A stretch of 64,000 nucleotides of DNA, taken from NCBI GenBank assembly GCA_965116885.1, contig OZ220741.1:1760001-1824000 (forward strand), in the 5' to 3' direction. A model generated the notes under the pieces. That model saw nothing but the letters and a program-made list of their open reading frames with translations. It was not told where the DNA came from and ran no database searches. Origin of the DNA: Candidatus Latescibacterota bacterium (GTDB taxonomy: Bacteria > Latescibacterota > UBA2968). The number at the start of each line of letters is the position of its first letter. The stretch's first letter is position 1. Positions 29,043-38,341 of this stretch are shown here, piece after piece. Made by a program: the position numbers and the translations under genes.

Positions 29043-29447
29043 CTACTTAGGCATTTTTTGCTCCAAATTTGCAGATATTTTTGGCACTCCTGTTTGGATA
29101 CTTAGCACAGTAGTCCATTTATCCCATTTTGTGCCCGGGACTACAGTGATTTTTTGACGTTTTAAGTCTGGAGTCGCTATCAATTTGTCGGGGCATTTAA
29201 GACACCAAATACCAATATGGTCAGGATCTTCCCCCTTTGGCACTCGCCATTCTATATAGTTGTAGAAAACTATTTCTTTGCCTATATAATGAAAGATTTT
29301 GAAGGCATCCCTTCTGATCTCATAATATGAGTACCCCGGCCCGGATATTTCATTTGTGGTATCTGGCTTGCCTTTATGTAACCGAACAGAAACGCCAGAT
29401 CTAAACATGTTTTTTCGCATGTGCCTGACAGCTACTTGTGAAAGCAT
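29043..29447 (-). CDS. Hypothetical protein resembling small phage tail-associated proteins
   Basis: VRLHKGKPDTTNEISGPGY resembles the LHT-x-DP...NEVSG-x-GY motif; RBS AAAGGG. Confidence 0.4.
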   Translation of the reverse strand: MLSQVAVRHMRKNMFRSGVSVRLHKGKPDTTNEISGPGYSYYEIRRDAFKIFHYIGKEIVFYNYIEWRVPKGEDPDHIGIWCLKCPDKLIATPDLKRQKITVVPGTKWDKWTTVLSIQTGVPKISANLEQKMPK

Positions 29448-29490
29448 ATTATCCCTTTCTTTTGCTAATCCCCCTCTACAAGCTAATAAT

Positions 29491-29859
29491 TTATACTTCC
29501 AACTTCAATTCTGGGTATGCAAGTATCATTGCTGATATTATCCAAAGAACGGGAATGATGCTCAGTAGTGCTATCCTCATTTTTGTTCTTGACTTCCTCC
29601 AAATGAATATCGCTGTTAATCCGAGCCATAAACTTTGTATCGCTGTAACACCGACTGCTTCTGCAAGTATCCTGATGTCTCCTTCGACAAAGAGTATTAG
29701 CCATCCTTGCCCTTCAAAGAATGCTCTCAGCGCATATTCTGGCACTTGTTCATAGGTAGCATTGCTGATTAGTCCACCCCCGACTATAAAGGTTGCATAT
29801 CCTAAGAGGGAAAGTATCGGCAGTCCAAAATCGTTCCTCATATTGAATTTATTCTGCAT
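29491..29859 (-). CDS. Small integral membrane protein
   Basis: About three hydrophobic segments. Confidence 0.55.
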   Translation of the reverse strand: MQNKFNMRNDFGLPILSLLGYATFIVGGGLISNATYEQVPEYALRAFFEGQGWLILFVEGDIRILAEAVGVTAIQSLWLGLTAIFIWRKSRTKMRIALLSIIPVLWIISAMILAYPELKLEV

Positions 29860-29872
29860 CGCTCATCTTTAT

Positions 29873-30112
29873 TTATGTATGATGTCCAACAAGCAATCTA
29901 TTTCCTTTCCTGCGATTACAGGACTTGTGGGCGAGTTGGAGGTTGGCGTACGTATTCGGACCGCCCAAACTCCGCGGCCAAATATGATCCCTTTCTGTGA
30001 GCCCGAGGCTTATCAAGATGGGATGGATGTATCCACCACAGATCCCACATTGTCCATCCTGCCGCTCATATAACAGGCAATTCAGCAGGTGTTTCAGGTC
30101 ATCCCTGTTCAT
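29873..30112 (-). CDS. HNH endonuclease (minimal, 79 aa)
   Basis: CGICG...DHIWPRSLGG...NLQLAHKSCNRRKG; RBS AAGGAAGG. Confidence 0.88.
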   Translation of the reverse strand: MNRDDLKHLLNCLLYERQDGQCGICGGYIHPILISLGLTERDHIWPRSLGGPNTYANLQLAHKSCNRRKGNRLLVGHHT

Positions 30113-30171
30113 GTCGCACCGCCTTCCTTATTTGTGCTTGCAACACGAACGGACATTCAGTATATTTACAC

Positions 30172-30247
30172 CTGACTGGCATGCGCGTGTTGAAAGTTTT
30201 GGGTGAGGCCCCTCCTGTTCCAACCAGGAGCGGGCCTCTGTCGTTCT
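30172..30247 (+). ncRNA. Putative antisense RNA to the HNH leader (cassette unit 2)
   Basis: TTGCAA(30138)-N17-TATATT(30161), then hairpin 30205-30238. Confidence 0.4.
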
Positions 30248-30345
30248 GTGCTCTTTGCGCTGCCATGAACCATGCAGGATTTACGCATTCCCGTCAAGCG
30301 GTTTCCTTCTTCGCCCCCAATTCTTTTTATTGTCTCCTACGTGGT

Positions 30346-30810
30346 TTATGGACACCAATTATATTTTCTTATTTCCACGATCCAAACAGCGTGATCAAAA
30401 GAATAGGGCCCCCAACAAAGATCAATAACTGTTTGACCATGATGAGTTATCCATCTTAGCTGTTGTCCTTTGTGGGGCGGTTGTTCATCATCGTCTGTGA
30501 CAGGACTACCATATTTCTCCATTAAACATTCTTCGAGCTTTGAACACAATGCTTGAATTTTTGAAGGTTCTTGGCGCTTAAAATTATACACCATCTCCTG
30601 CAATTCATGGGTCTCTGTATTGTTTTTTGAAAAGTTATAGCTTAAACGGCAAGATTGATCATCAAAGAGGGTGCCTTCATATTCAATATGCCCTCCCAGC
30701 GGATATGTGCCAGCAACAAATGGTTGTCTTAGGGCCCATTTTTCAGTATTTCTAACTTTTTCGATTGAATCGCCCCAAAAAACGCCTCTAATACTAAATT
30801 CTTGGTTCAT
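30346..30810 (-). CDS. Hypothetical protein
   Basis: RBS GAGGAG before MNQEF; RGVFWGDS...EKYG-x-P pattern seen in small alpha/beta domains. Confidence 0.55.
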   Translation of the reverse strand: MNQEFSIRGVFWGDSIEKVRNTEKWALRQPFVAGTYPLGGHIEYEGTLFDDQSCRLSYNFSKNNTETHELQEMVYNFKRQEPSKIQALCSKLEECLMEKYGSPVTDDDEQPPHKGQQLRWITHHGQTVIDLCWGPYSFDHAVWIVEIRKYNWCP

Positions 30811-30950
30811 ATTCTCCTCATTTCTCCTGATGTTTTTATTCAATGCATCCTACCAAAATATACAGCATGCATGGCAGTTTGTTGAGCATATTTTACCTTA
30901 TTACCTACCACACAACAATTTATACCTCCGGTACTATTGCATATAGTAGT

Positions 30951-31163
30951 TTACGAGAAGGCCGCCCAAAACTGCTGTCTAGCATGTTCTCCTGCCATAG
31001 CTTGGGTATCGGGATAGTTGTCGATCTTGCTCCAGTATCCACCATCGCTTGGAAAGTGCCTGCCTTCCTCGATGATAAGCCTGCTGTTCTCTCCATACTC
31101 ACTACGATAGATGCCAGCACTCTGGCACACCTCGCCTGCATGACCTCCAAATGGGGTGGCCAT
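30951..31163 (-). CDS. Small YjzC-like protein
   Basis: RBS GAAAGGA; GEVCQSAGIY...EGRHFP...W pattern. Confidence 0.45.
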   Translation of the reverse strand: MATPFGGHAGEVCQSAGIYRSEYGENSRLIIEEGRHFPSDGGYWSKIDNYPDTQAMAGEHARQQFWAAFS

Positions 31164-31214
31164 GTTAGATCCTTTCTGCCTTGACAAGCGACTCGCTATG
31201 CGATAAATTGTGAG

Positions 31215-31285
31215 CAACCTTCAAGGCTTGTATGGTTATTGTCGTGGGATGGCTCACTTTATGCGGAGTGAGCCATTTCCTTTTG
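31215..31285 (+). ncRNA. Putative antisense RNA to the YjzC-like leader (cassette unit 3)
   Basis: TTGACA(31181)-N17-TAAATT(31204), then perfect 10-bp stem ATGGCTCACT/AGTGAGCCAT plus TTCCTTTT. Confidence 0.5.
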
Positions 31286-31366
31286 TGCGCTTTGCACTGA
31301 CATGAACATGACTGAAAAGGCAATCCCCGTCAAGCGTTTTACATCTCTCGGAAGAAAGTAGAAAAG

Positions 31367-32083
31367 ATGAGCAACAGAGAGGTATTGGCCTGCGCAGCAT
31401 ACTATCATGCGCTCAGCCATTGGTGTGCAGCAGCGTATATGGAAGAGCAGATCCTCAAATTTTTTGAAGAAAATCCAGAGGATTACTTTAGCTCGGCGTT
31501 TACGGAAAAACTATACCCGTTTTTCTTTAGGTGCAATGTTGTCCATTCTATAACTAATGCATACGAACACCTTTTAAGATCAATTATTTATTCTGAAGGT
31601 AAGGGACTTACAAAAAAAGCTAGAGAGGATATGGGTATGTATGGGCATAACCTCGAAAAAAAGGTGCGCCATATATCCTCGGAGACAATAGAAAAATTTG
31701 ATAACAACATCAAAATTTGGTTACAAGATTTGCAACATATACAGAATGCCATGGAGATAAGTGATCAAAGTCAGACCTTGGAACATATCTCAGAAGATAT
31801 CAACTCTCTTGAAAAACTGGCAAAATATATTTGGCAAAACCAAAAATTGACAGATGTACGATATATGTATGAGTATAAAAAAGTGTCTATTATGCCATCC
31901 TTTGGTGCAATGGCGGTCTCTATAGTTTTAAGCTCCATTTTATCAGCCCAACATGTCATCCTGTTAGAGTACCCAATCTATCGTCGTGAAAATGTATATA
32001 AAAAAATATTACTCCCTTTCTTTAACTTTAAGGAGAAAGTCGGGAGTGGTAGCAGAGGGGAACTATCTTTTACTTTTTTGTAA
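31367..32083 (+). CDS. HEPN-like domain protein
   Basis: NAYEHLLRSII...GHNL...VRY pattern; AT-rich. Confidence 0.5.
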   Translation: MSNREVLACAAYYHALSHWCAAAYMEEQILKFFEENPEDYFSSAFTEKLYPFFFRCNVVHSITNAYEHLLRSIIYSEGKGLTKKAREDMGMYGHNLEKKVRHISSETIEKFDNNIKIWLQDLQHIQNAMEISDQSQTLEHISEDINSLEKLAKYIWQNQKLTDVRYMYEYKKVSIMPSFGAMAVSIVLSSILSAQHVILLEYPIYRRENVYKKILLPFFNFKEKVGSGSRGELSFTFL

Positions 32084-32174
32084 AACTTTGTAGCATAGTA
32101 CCACTACGGCACTATGCTACATAATCGCCTCCCTTTGTTTTTTACACTTCCGGCACTATTCTATATAATCCCCA

Positions 32175-32891
32175 TCAAAAAGCCTCTTGATGCGCCTTTA
32201 CGAGTTCTGCCATGCTATTAAATCGAAAATTGTAGTTTGGCATTTCGCCCGGGTCTATGGTCGCGCCGAAGCCTTCTTCATTGGAGCGCCTGTAGATCCA
32301 GCAGGAGGCGAGTCCGTTTTTGTTCGCGGGTATGTGATCGTGGAATAAGCTTTCTGCGGTGTGTAGTATTTCCGATTTTTCAATGCCGAGCGATTTCAGG
32401 TGTTCCAGCATGTATTTGAAGTTTCGATCCGCGGGTTTGTACGATCCTATGTCTTCAGCCGTGTATATGGCGTCAAATTCGACACCGAGACGGTCGTTGC
32501 TGTATTTGAAGCTGTGGTTATCGACGTTGGACAGGATCGCGAGCTTGTAGTGCTTTTTGAGATATTGCAGGGCGTCGGGAGAATCGGAGAACGCCAGCCA
32601 TTGTTTTATCGATTGACCATAAGCGGCGCACTCATCGGGCGTGACGGCGACGTCCCATTCTTCGGCGAGGCGTTTATATACGATGGCGAGGAGTTCGGAA
32701 TAGCGCATGCCCGGCGTCCAGGCTTGTTGCGTTGATTCGTGTCGCGCGTGCGCTTGAAGAATTTCATTGCGCGATAATTTTCGTTCGACCTTTGAGAGAA
32801 GCGGCTCCAGTCCTTTGATCATTCCGGTTTCCCAATCGATGAGTGTGCCATAGCAGTCGAATGTGAGGACTTTGAAATCGGTGAGTTTCAT
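32175..32891 (-). CDS. Haloacid dehalogenase type II
   Basis: TFDCYGTLIDW, LSN, YKP; alternative start 32903; stop codon lies in the element's target duplication. Confidence 0.92.
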   Translation of the reverse strand: MKLTDFKVLTFDCYGTLIDWETGMIKGLEPLLSKVERKLSRNEILQAHARHESTQQAWTPGMRYSELLAIVYKRLAEEWDVAVTPDECAAYGQSIKQWLAFSDSPDALQYLKKHYKLAILSNVDNHSFKYSNDRLGVEFDAIYTAEDIGSYKPADRNFKYMLEHLKSLGIEKSEILHTAESLFHDHIPANKNGLASCWIYRRSNEEGFGATIDPGEMPNYNFRFNSMAELVKAHQEAF

Positions 32892-32893
32892 TT

Positions 32894-33601
32894 TTAATGA
32901 CATCCCAGTTGATCGGCGAGGTCGTGAAAGTCATGGGCTATGATGTCGAAGTCGAGATCGGGGGGTAAGTCTTTTTTTGCGTCGGGTCCCCGCTCGAAGG
33001 GGCGGAATACATAAGCCGTTTTCATGCCGACGCGCGCTGCGTGGTGCAGGTCGCCCTGATGAGCGGCGACCATCATGACTTCATGGGGTTTACAACTGAG
33101 CAGTTCGATGGCTTTCAAATAGGTCTCGGCGTCGGGTTTGTAATGCCCCGCCAATTCGGCTGATAAGATGCAATCCCAGGGTAATCCGCCGTATTTCGCC
33201 ATGTTGGCGAGGAGCGATACGTTGCCGTTGGATAATGTGGCGATGAGGTACCGCGATTTTAACCGCCATAAGCCGCCTGCGGCGTCGGGCCAGGGGTCCA
33301 GGCGATGCCAGACGCGATTGAAGTCCGCGATTTCTTTTTCGGATAATCCCGAGATGCCGAATTTTTTCAGGAGTTTGTCCAGGATCATGCGGTGCAGGTC
33401 GTCGATTTTTGTCCAGGGCAATTCGCCCGTGCGGACGCGATTCATGGATGGGCCATAGCCCCCGCGCCACGCATCGGCAAATGCAGCCCAATCTACGTCC
33501 AATGCCAATCGTTCGCCCAATCGCTCGCCGTCGCGGATGACTGAACTGCGCCAATCGACCACCGTGCCGAATACGTCAAATGTCAATGCTTTGAGTGTCA
33601 T
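32894..33601 (-). CDS. Haloacid dehalogenase type II
   Basis: TFDVFGTVVDW, LSNGN, YKP, VAAH. Confidence 0.92.
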   Translation of the reverse strand: MTLKALTFDVFGTVVDWRSSVIRDGERLGERLALDVDWAAFADAWRGGYGPSMNRVRTGELPWTKIDDLHRMILDKLLKKFGISGLSEKEIADFNRVWHRLDPWPDAAGGLWRLKSRYLIATLSNGNVSLLANMAKYGGLPWDCILSAELAGHYKPDAETYLKAIELLSCKPHEVMMVAAHQGDLHHAARVGMKTAYVFRPFERGPDAKKDLPPDLDFDIIAHDFHDLADQLGCH

Positions 33602-33611
33602 TTTTTGTTCT

Positions 33612-34709
33612 CTACGGTACTGCGCCCACTGCTTTGTTCAAAGCTGGCATTAGTTCACGGGCGAATAATTCCATGCTGTATATCCAACTGTCTTTGTCGT
33701 CCCAGTCGTAGCCCATTAGCACGAGCGTGCCATAGGGACCGGTTTCCTCGAACAGGTCCAGCAAGCGACGCAGTGCTTCATCGACGTCGCCAGCGATGAT
33801 CTGTTCGGTCATCAGATAGTCCAGATTGCACTCTGAGTCGGGCATGTCCAGGTCGCGCTTGTACACCTGGCGCCCCAGGCCTCTGTCGAATAGACGCCCG
33901 ATGTACTCGTAATTTTTTGCCAGGGAATTGTGCCGCGCCTTTTTCACGGCTTCGGCCGTGGTGTCGGCCAGAAAGATTGAACGGGCGATTTTCCAGTCGG
34001 TTCGCTGCGGTTGCCGTCCCGCCTGCAGGGTGCTCTGCTCATAGATCTGCCAGTTGTCGGCTACCACATTGCCCGATATCAGGCAGGCGGAAAAGGGCTG
34101 GAAGCCGCGCTCGCCAGCTGTTTGCATGCTGTGTGAGTTGCGGCTCATTCCCGGCATGGCGATGGGCGGGTAGGGCTGTTGAAAGGGTTTGTGGATGAAG
34201 CCGATCTGGGTTTCTTCGTCAATATTGTCTTTGAGCTGGAATTGCCAGTATTTTCCCCGGTGCTCATAGGGTGGATCCGATGTCCATAAATTTAGGATGG
34301 CGTCAATGGCTTCCCCGGTCATTGCGCCGCCCGCTTTGGGATCCAGGCCGTACAGCTCCTGATCTGAGGTGACACTGCCCGGGCCAAAGCACAGATTGAG
34401 TCGGCCTTTGGATAGGTGATCCAGGAAAGATAGACGACTGGCGACATAGGCGGGGTGGTGCAGGTTCAAACAGACCGGTGCCGGTCCCAGGCGGATGCTC
34501 TGGGTCTCACCCAGGGCGCGTCCGATGAAAATTTCGGGCGTGACAATGGTCTCGTATTTCATGGTGTGGTGTTCGCCGATCCAAAATTCATCAAAGCCCA
34601 GTTCCTCGGCTTTGACAACGAGTTCCAAATCCTCGTCAAATCCCTGACTCAAAGGCTTGTCCGGGGCGTGGAAGGGCATGATGAACATACCGTATTTGAT
34701 GGGTTCCAT
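33612..34709 (-). CDS. LLM-class flavin-dependent monooxygenase
   Basis: AEELGFDEFWIGEHH, LDHLSKGR, ELFARELMP. Confidence 0.92.
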   Translation of the reverse strand: MEPIKYGMFIMPFHAPDKPLSQGFDEDLELVVKAEELGFDEFWIGEHHTMKYETIVTPEIFIGRALGETQSIRLGPAPVCLNLHHPAYVASRLSFLDHLSKGRLNLCFGPGSVTSDQELYGLDPKAGGAMTGEAIDAILNLWTSDPPYEHRGKYWQFQLKDNIDEETQIGFIHKPFQQPYPPIAMPGMSRNSHSMQTAGERGFQPFSACLISGNVVADNWQIYEQSTLQAGRQPQRTDWKIARSIFLADTTAEAVKKARHNSLAKNYEYIGRLFDRGLGRQVYKRDLDMPDSECNLDYLMTEQIIAGDVDEALRRLLDLFEETGPYGTLVLMGYDWDDKDSWIYSMELFARELMPALNKAVGAVP

Positions 34710-34761
34710 AGAGGTGCTCCTTCCTGCGGGTTTTTATCCTGAAAATCCTTTCATCCTGCTT

Positions 34762-35469
34762 TTATCCCGATCCGTATTTGTTCACGATTACCAGATCAGA
34801 AGTTTCGGGGTGGATGAATTTTACGAGTAGTGAAACGCGGTTGTCTTCGTCCAACAGGTTCCAGAATATATCGGCGGTTTGCTGTATGTCGTCGAATAAT
34901 TCGACGGCATAAGGCTCTCCCTGGAATGAGGGCAGGGGATTGCCGTCGTCTATGTATGTTGTGATGCAGTGGCCCGTGCCGGGGATCGCGGTTTCATAAT
35001 TGAAGAATTGACGCGAACAGTAGCGCGCATCACCACCAACGGTTTTTAAGACTGATAGTCGATAGGCTTGCGCGTCGCCCATGTCGGTAAGGCCAGAGAT
35101 GCGCGGTGTAAAATTGGGGGCGTCGGGTTCATAAGTGCGCGTTTTCAGGGCGGATTCAAACGAGCCGCCGTTTTGCAGGGTATGGACAATGGTGTCGGTC
35201 TGGTCGCCATTTGTGACGATGTGCGCGTTGCCCAGTACGCGGATGGGGTAATACATGGTTAGCGGATCAATGTCATGGGATTTATCCACGGTGTCGGTTT
35301 TTACCGCGTCACCTTCGCGCACAAATACGCGATTGCGACTGCTGGGACTGCGTCCCATGATCCAGTAGATCTGAACCATGCATGAAGTATCTGGGGTTTG
35401 CCCTATTACGATTCCACGGCCGGGGTAGGTGGCGTTTTTTAAGCGATCCATGCGGGCATCTATGGTCAT
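34762..35469 (-). CDS. IMP cyclohydrolase-like protein (PurO/Ntn-hydrolase type)
   Basis: YPGRGI, YWIMGRS.SSRNR, TNGDQTD, EPDAPNFTPRISG; start reassigned. Confidence 0.85.
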   Translation of the reverse strand: MTIDARMDRLKNATYPGRGIVIGQTPDTSCMVQIYWIMGRSPSSRNRVFVREGDAVKTDTVDKSHDIDPLTMYYPIRVLGNAHIVTNGDQTDTIVHTLQNGGSFESALKTRTYEPDAPNFTPRISGLTDMGDAQAYRLSVLKTVGGDARYCSRQFFNYETAIPGTGHCITTYIDDGNPLPSFQGEPYAVELFDDIQQTADIFWNLLDEDNRVSLLVKFIHPETSDLVIVNKYGSG

Positions 35470-38318
35470 TTTTCCGCCATCCCTTCTTCTGGCAATAGGA
35501 CGAATCGCGCGTAGTTTTCCATGTTGAAGTATTGCTGCGTCGCTTTTTGTACGTGTTCTGCTGTGAGTTTTTTGATGACTTCGTCTTCGTATGTCAGCCA
35601 CGCCATCAAGTCGATCTCATTCTGGTAATACGTACTCAGCGTATTGCGCCAGTATCCGTTTTCTTTTTTGTTGGTTTCTCGACCCCGCAGATCCATTTCG
35701 GTCACTTTGTCGATGTAGGATTGTTCGACGGGTTTTTGCTTCATGCTGTCGATTTGGGCAAAGACGAGTTGCGTCAATTCTTCCAACCGTTCGGGATCGC
35801 ATCCAAAGCTGATTGAGATGCTGTATCGGCCTTCGGGCCAACGCGAGCGAGATGTGCGCACGCCAACGCCGTACGTGCCGCCCTCATCTTCTCGGAGTAC
35901 TTCCCGAAGTTTTATCTGCAAGACATCGCCCATTGAACCATAGACATATCGCTTAAATCGGTCGTTGTAATCAAAAGGTCCCGTGAAGATCAGCCGTGTG
36001 CTACTTTTGGGTTCTTGTCCCCGTCGCACGGTTTTTTCAATGACGCCTTTTGGCGCTCTGACGCCTGTGTCGCGCCAGGTTTCTTCTCGGTTGAGTGCGG
36101 GTAATCCGCCGAGATAGGTTTCTATGAGGGGTTTTATTTTTTCTGGGTCAAAGTTGCCGACAAATACGAATGTGAAGTCACTGGCATCGGCAAATCGGTC
36201 TTTGTAAAATGCCAGCGATTTTTGCAGGTCCATTTCCCCCAGTATTTCGTTTGATAGCGGGCGCGATCTGACGTGGTATTGAGACATGGTAACTTGAATT
36301 GTATCGGAATAAGCTGTCGTTGGTCTCATATCCCGGTTTTGCAATATGCCTCGATAGCGGTCCAGGAGTGCTTGAAATGCCAGTGAGTCTGCACGCGGTT
36401 CCGTGAAGATGAGATAGATGAGTTGAAACATGGTTTCTATGTCTTCGGGAGACGCGCTGCCCGATACGCCTTCGCTGAGGCTGCTGATGCGAGGCGACAC
36501 GCGCACGACTTTGCCAGCGAGTTTTTTATTGAGTTCAATTTGATTGAATTTGCCCAGCCCGCTTTCCATTATGGCCGATGTCGCTGTGGATGCCGCCATG
36601 TAGTTTTCGTCACTTGATAGAGAATGACCGCCCGGGCTGAAGGATGTGAACAGGATTTCGTCGTTTTTGAAGTCCGTGGGTTTCATGACGACTTTTACCC
36701 CATTGCTCAATGTCCATTCTGTGACGCCAAAGGTGTCGATTGATGTTTCGCGTACGACCTTTCCCGGCGTTGGCATATTCGCGATGAGGGGGTCGTCGGA
36801 GACATCTTCTTGATATGGTTCCACGTCTTTTTGCTGGACTTCGTTGATTATGTTTAGCAGGTCAGTTTCAGAAGGTACAGGTAGGCCTTCTTTCTCGGGT
36901 GCGCTGACTACGATGACGCGGTTTTTGTCGGTGATCCATTCGCCGACGAGGCGGTTGATTTCTTCGACTTGAATGCCGGGGAGTAATTCTCGAAATAAGT
37001 CGCGTTCGATTTCAATGCCCGGAATGGGTTCGCCTGTCAATATGTGACGGATGTATTCCGATGCAAAACCGCGCGAACGGCGTCTGTCGCGTTCGCGATA
37101 AGATTGTTCGATGCCACGCAACATGTTGGTTTTTAAGCGATCTACTTCGGGTTGCGTAAATCCGTGGCGTTGGACGCGAGTGACTTCTGTTAAGACGGCT
37201 TCCAGACCTCGTTCAATTCCCCCTTCTTTGACGCCTGCGCCCAGGATGTACGCCGCTTTGGTTCTGACGAAGTTCCCGCGGCTGGAGCCTGCGCCCAGAA
37301 ATGGCGGATCGGGTTTTTTGGTTATTTCTCTAAATCGCTGATTGAGCATGCTGTTGAACATGTTGCGAACGAGCATGCTGCGATAATTTTCCACTGTACC
37401 TTCGGGTGCGATATCTTGCATGAAATAGATAGAGACGGAAGATCGGGAATTTTCCGGATCGGTTGCAATTGCAAACAGGGTTTCACCGTGGTCGGGAACC
37501 GTATAGGTGGTTCGGGCACGCGGGTTCTCTGCTTTTGGTATTGGGTCAAAGGTTTTTTTAATCAGGGTTTCAATCGCGTCCGTTTCAAAGTCTCCCACTG
37601 CAATGACTGCCATGAGGTCGGGACGATACCAGTCGCGATAAAAGCGCGTGAGGGATTCGTGCTTGAATGTGTCGAGCAATGCTTTTTGGCCGATGGGCAA
37701 ACGCTCGGCATAGCGCGAGTCTTTGAGCAAGACCGGCAATTGTTTGTCGCGCATGCGCGCTCCGGCTCCGCGTCCCGAACGCCATTCTTCAATGACCACG
37801 CCTCTTTCTTTTTCGATTTCTTCGGGATCAAATTTTACCCGATGCGCCCAGTCGCCCAGAATGCGAAATGCTTTTTCTATTACTTCGGTGCTGTCTGTGG
37901 GCACGCGAAGCATATAGACGGTCTCGTCAAAACTCGTGTAGGCATTTAAGTGCGCGCCAAAGCGCATGCCAATACTTTCGAGGAAATCGATTATTTCCTG
38001 TTTGGGAAAGTTGGCCGTGCCATTAAATGCCATGTGTTCGGCAAAGTGCGCCAGTCCCTGCTGGTCTTCGTCTTCCAGAATGGATCCCGCATTGACTACG
38101 AGGCGCAATTCAGCGCGGTTTTCCGGTCGTTTGTTTTCCCGGATTACGTAGCGAAGCCCATTTGCCAGTTTGCCCGTTCGCACAGCCGGATCAATGGGCA
38201 GGGTGGGTGATGGTGGTTGGGTAGCTGGTGGCTGAGGTGTTTCAACTTCTGTCTGTGTTGTTGCACACGAGGTTATGACACACGCGCAGCAAAGGAGGAT
38301 AAAGTAGTTCCTGATCAT
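35466..38318 (-). CDS. M16 family zinc protease (PqqL-like), probable lipoprotein
   Basis: Inverted zinc motif HFAEH, NAYTSFDETVY; lipobox-like VITSC. Confidence 0.92.
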   Translation of the reverse strand: MIRNYFILLCCACVITSCATTQTEVETPQPPATQPPSPTLPIDPAVRTGKLANGLRYVIRENKRPENRAELRLVVNAGSILEDEDQQGLAHFAEHMAFNGTANFPKQEIIDFLESIGMRFGAHLNAYTSFDETVYMLRVPTDSTEVIEKAFRILGDWAHRVKFDPEEIEKERGVVIEEWRSGRGAGARMRDKQLPVLLKDSRYAERLPIGQKALLDTFKHESLTRFYRDWYRPDLMAVIAVGDFETDAIETLIKKTFDPIPKAENPRARTTYTVPDHGETLFAIATDPENSRSSVSIYFMQDIAPEGTVENYRSMLVRNMFNSMLNQRFREITKKPDPPFLGAGSSRGNFVRTKAAYILGAGVKEGGIERGLEAVLTEVTRVQRHGFTQPEVDRLKTNMLRGIEQSYRERDRRRSRGFASEYIRHILTGEPIPGIEIERDLFRELLPGIQVEEINRLVGEWITDKNRVIVVSAPEKEGLPVPSETDLLNIINEVQQKDVEPYQEDVSDDPLIANMPTPGKVVRETSIDTFGVTEWTLSNGVKVVMKPTDFKNDEILFTSFSPGGHSLSSDENYMAASTATSAIMESGLGKFNQIELNKKLAGKVVRVSPRISSLSEGVSGSASPEDIETMFQLIYLIFTEPRADSLAFQALLDRYRGILQNRDMRPTTAYSDTIQVTMSQYHVRSRPLSNEILGEMDLQKSLAFYKDRFADASDFTFVFVGNFDPEKIKPLIETYLGGLPALNREETWRDTGVRAPKGVIEKTVRRGQEPKSSTRLIFTGPFDYNDRFKRYVYGSMGDVLQIKLREVLREDEGGTYGVGVRTSRSRWPEGRYSISISFGCDPERLEELTQLVFAQIDSMKQKPVEQSYIDKVTEMDLRGRETNKKENGYWRNTLSTYYQNEIDLMAWLTYEDEVIKKLTAEHVQKATQQYFNMENYARFVLLPEEGMAEK

Positions 38319-38341
38319 GAGATTCCCTTTTATTTCAGTTA

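Larger units (their letters stand above)
28577..32173. mobile_element. Non-autonomous IS1595-like (ISNwi-type ends) cargo element, 3597 bp, no transposase
   Basis: TIRs GGGGATTATATAGGATAGTGCCG (28577-28599) and its reverse complement with one mismatch (32151-32173); 8-bp direct repeat ATCAAAAA at 28569-28576 and 32174-32181. Confidence 0.82.

Noticed and set aside
28577..32173. Interpretation as a prophage remnant
   Set aside because: No terminase, capsid or integrase; boundaries are explained by TIRs and an 8-bp duplication
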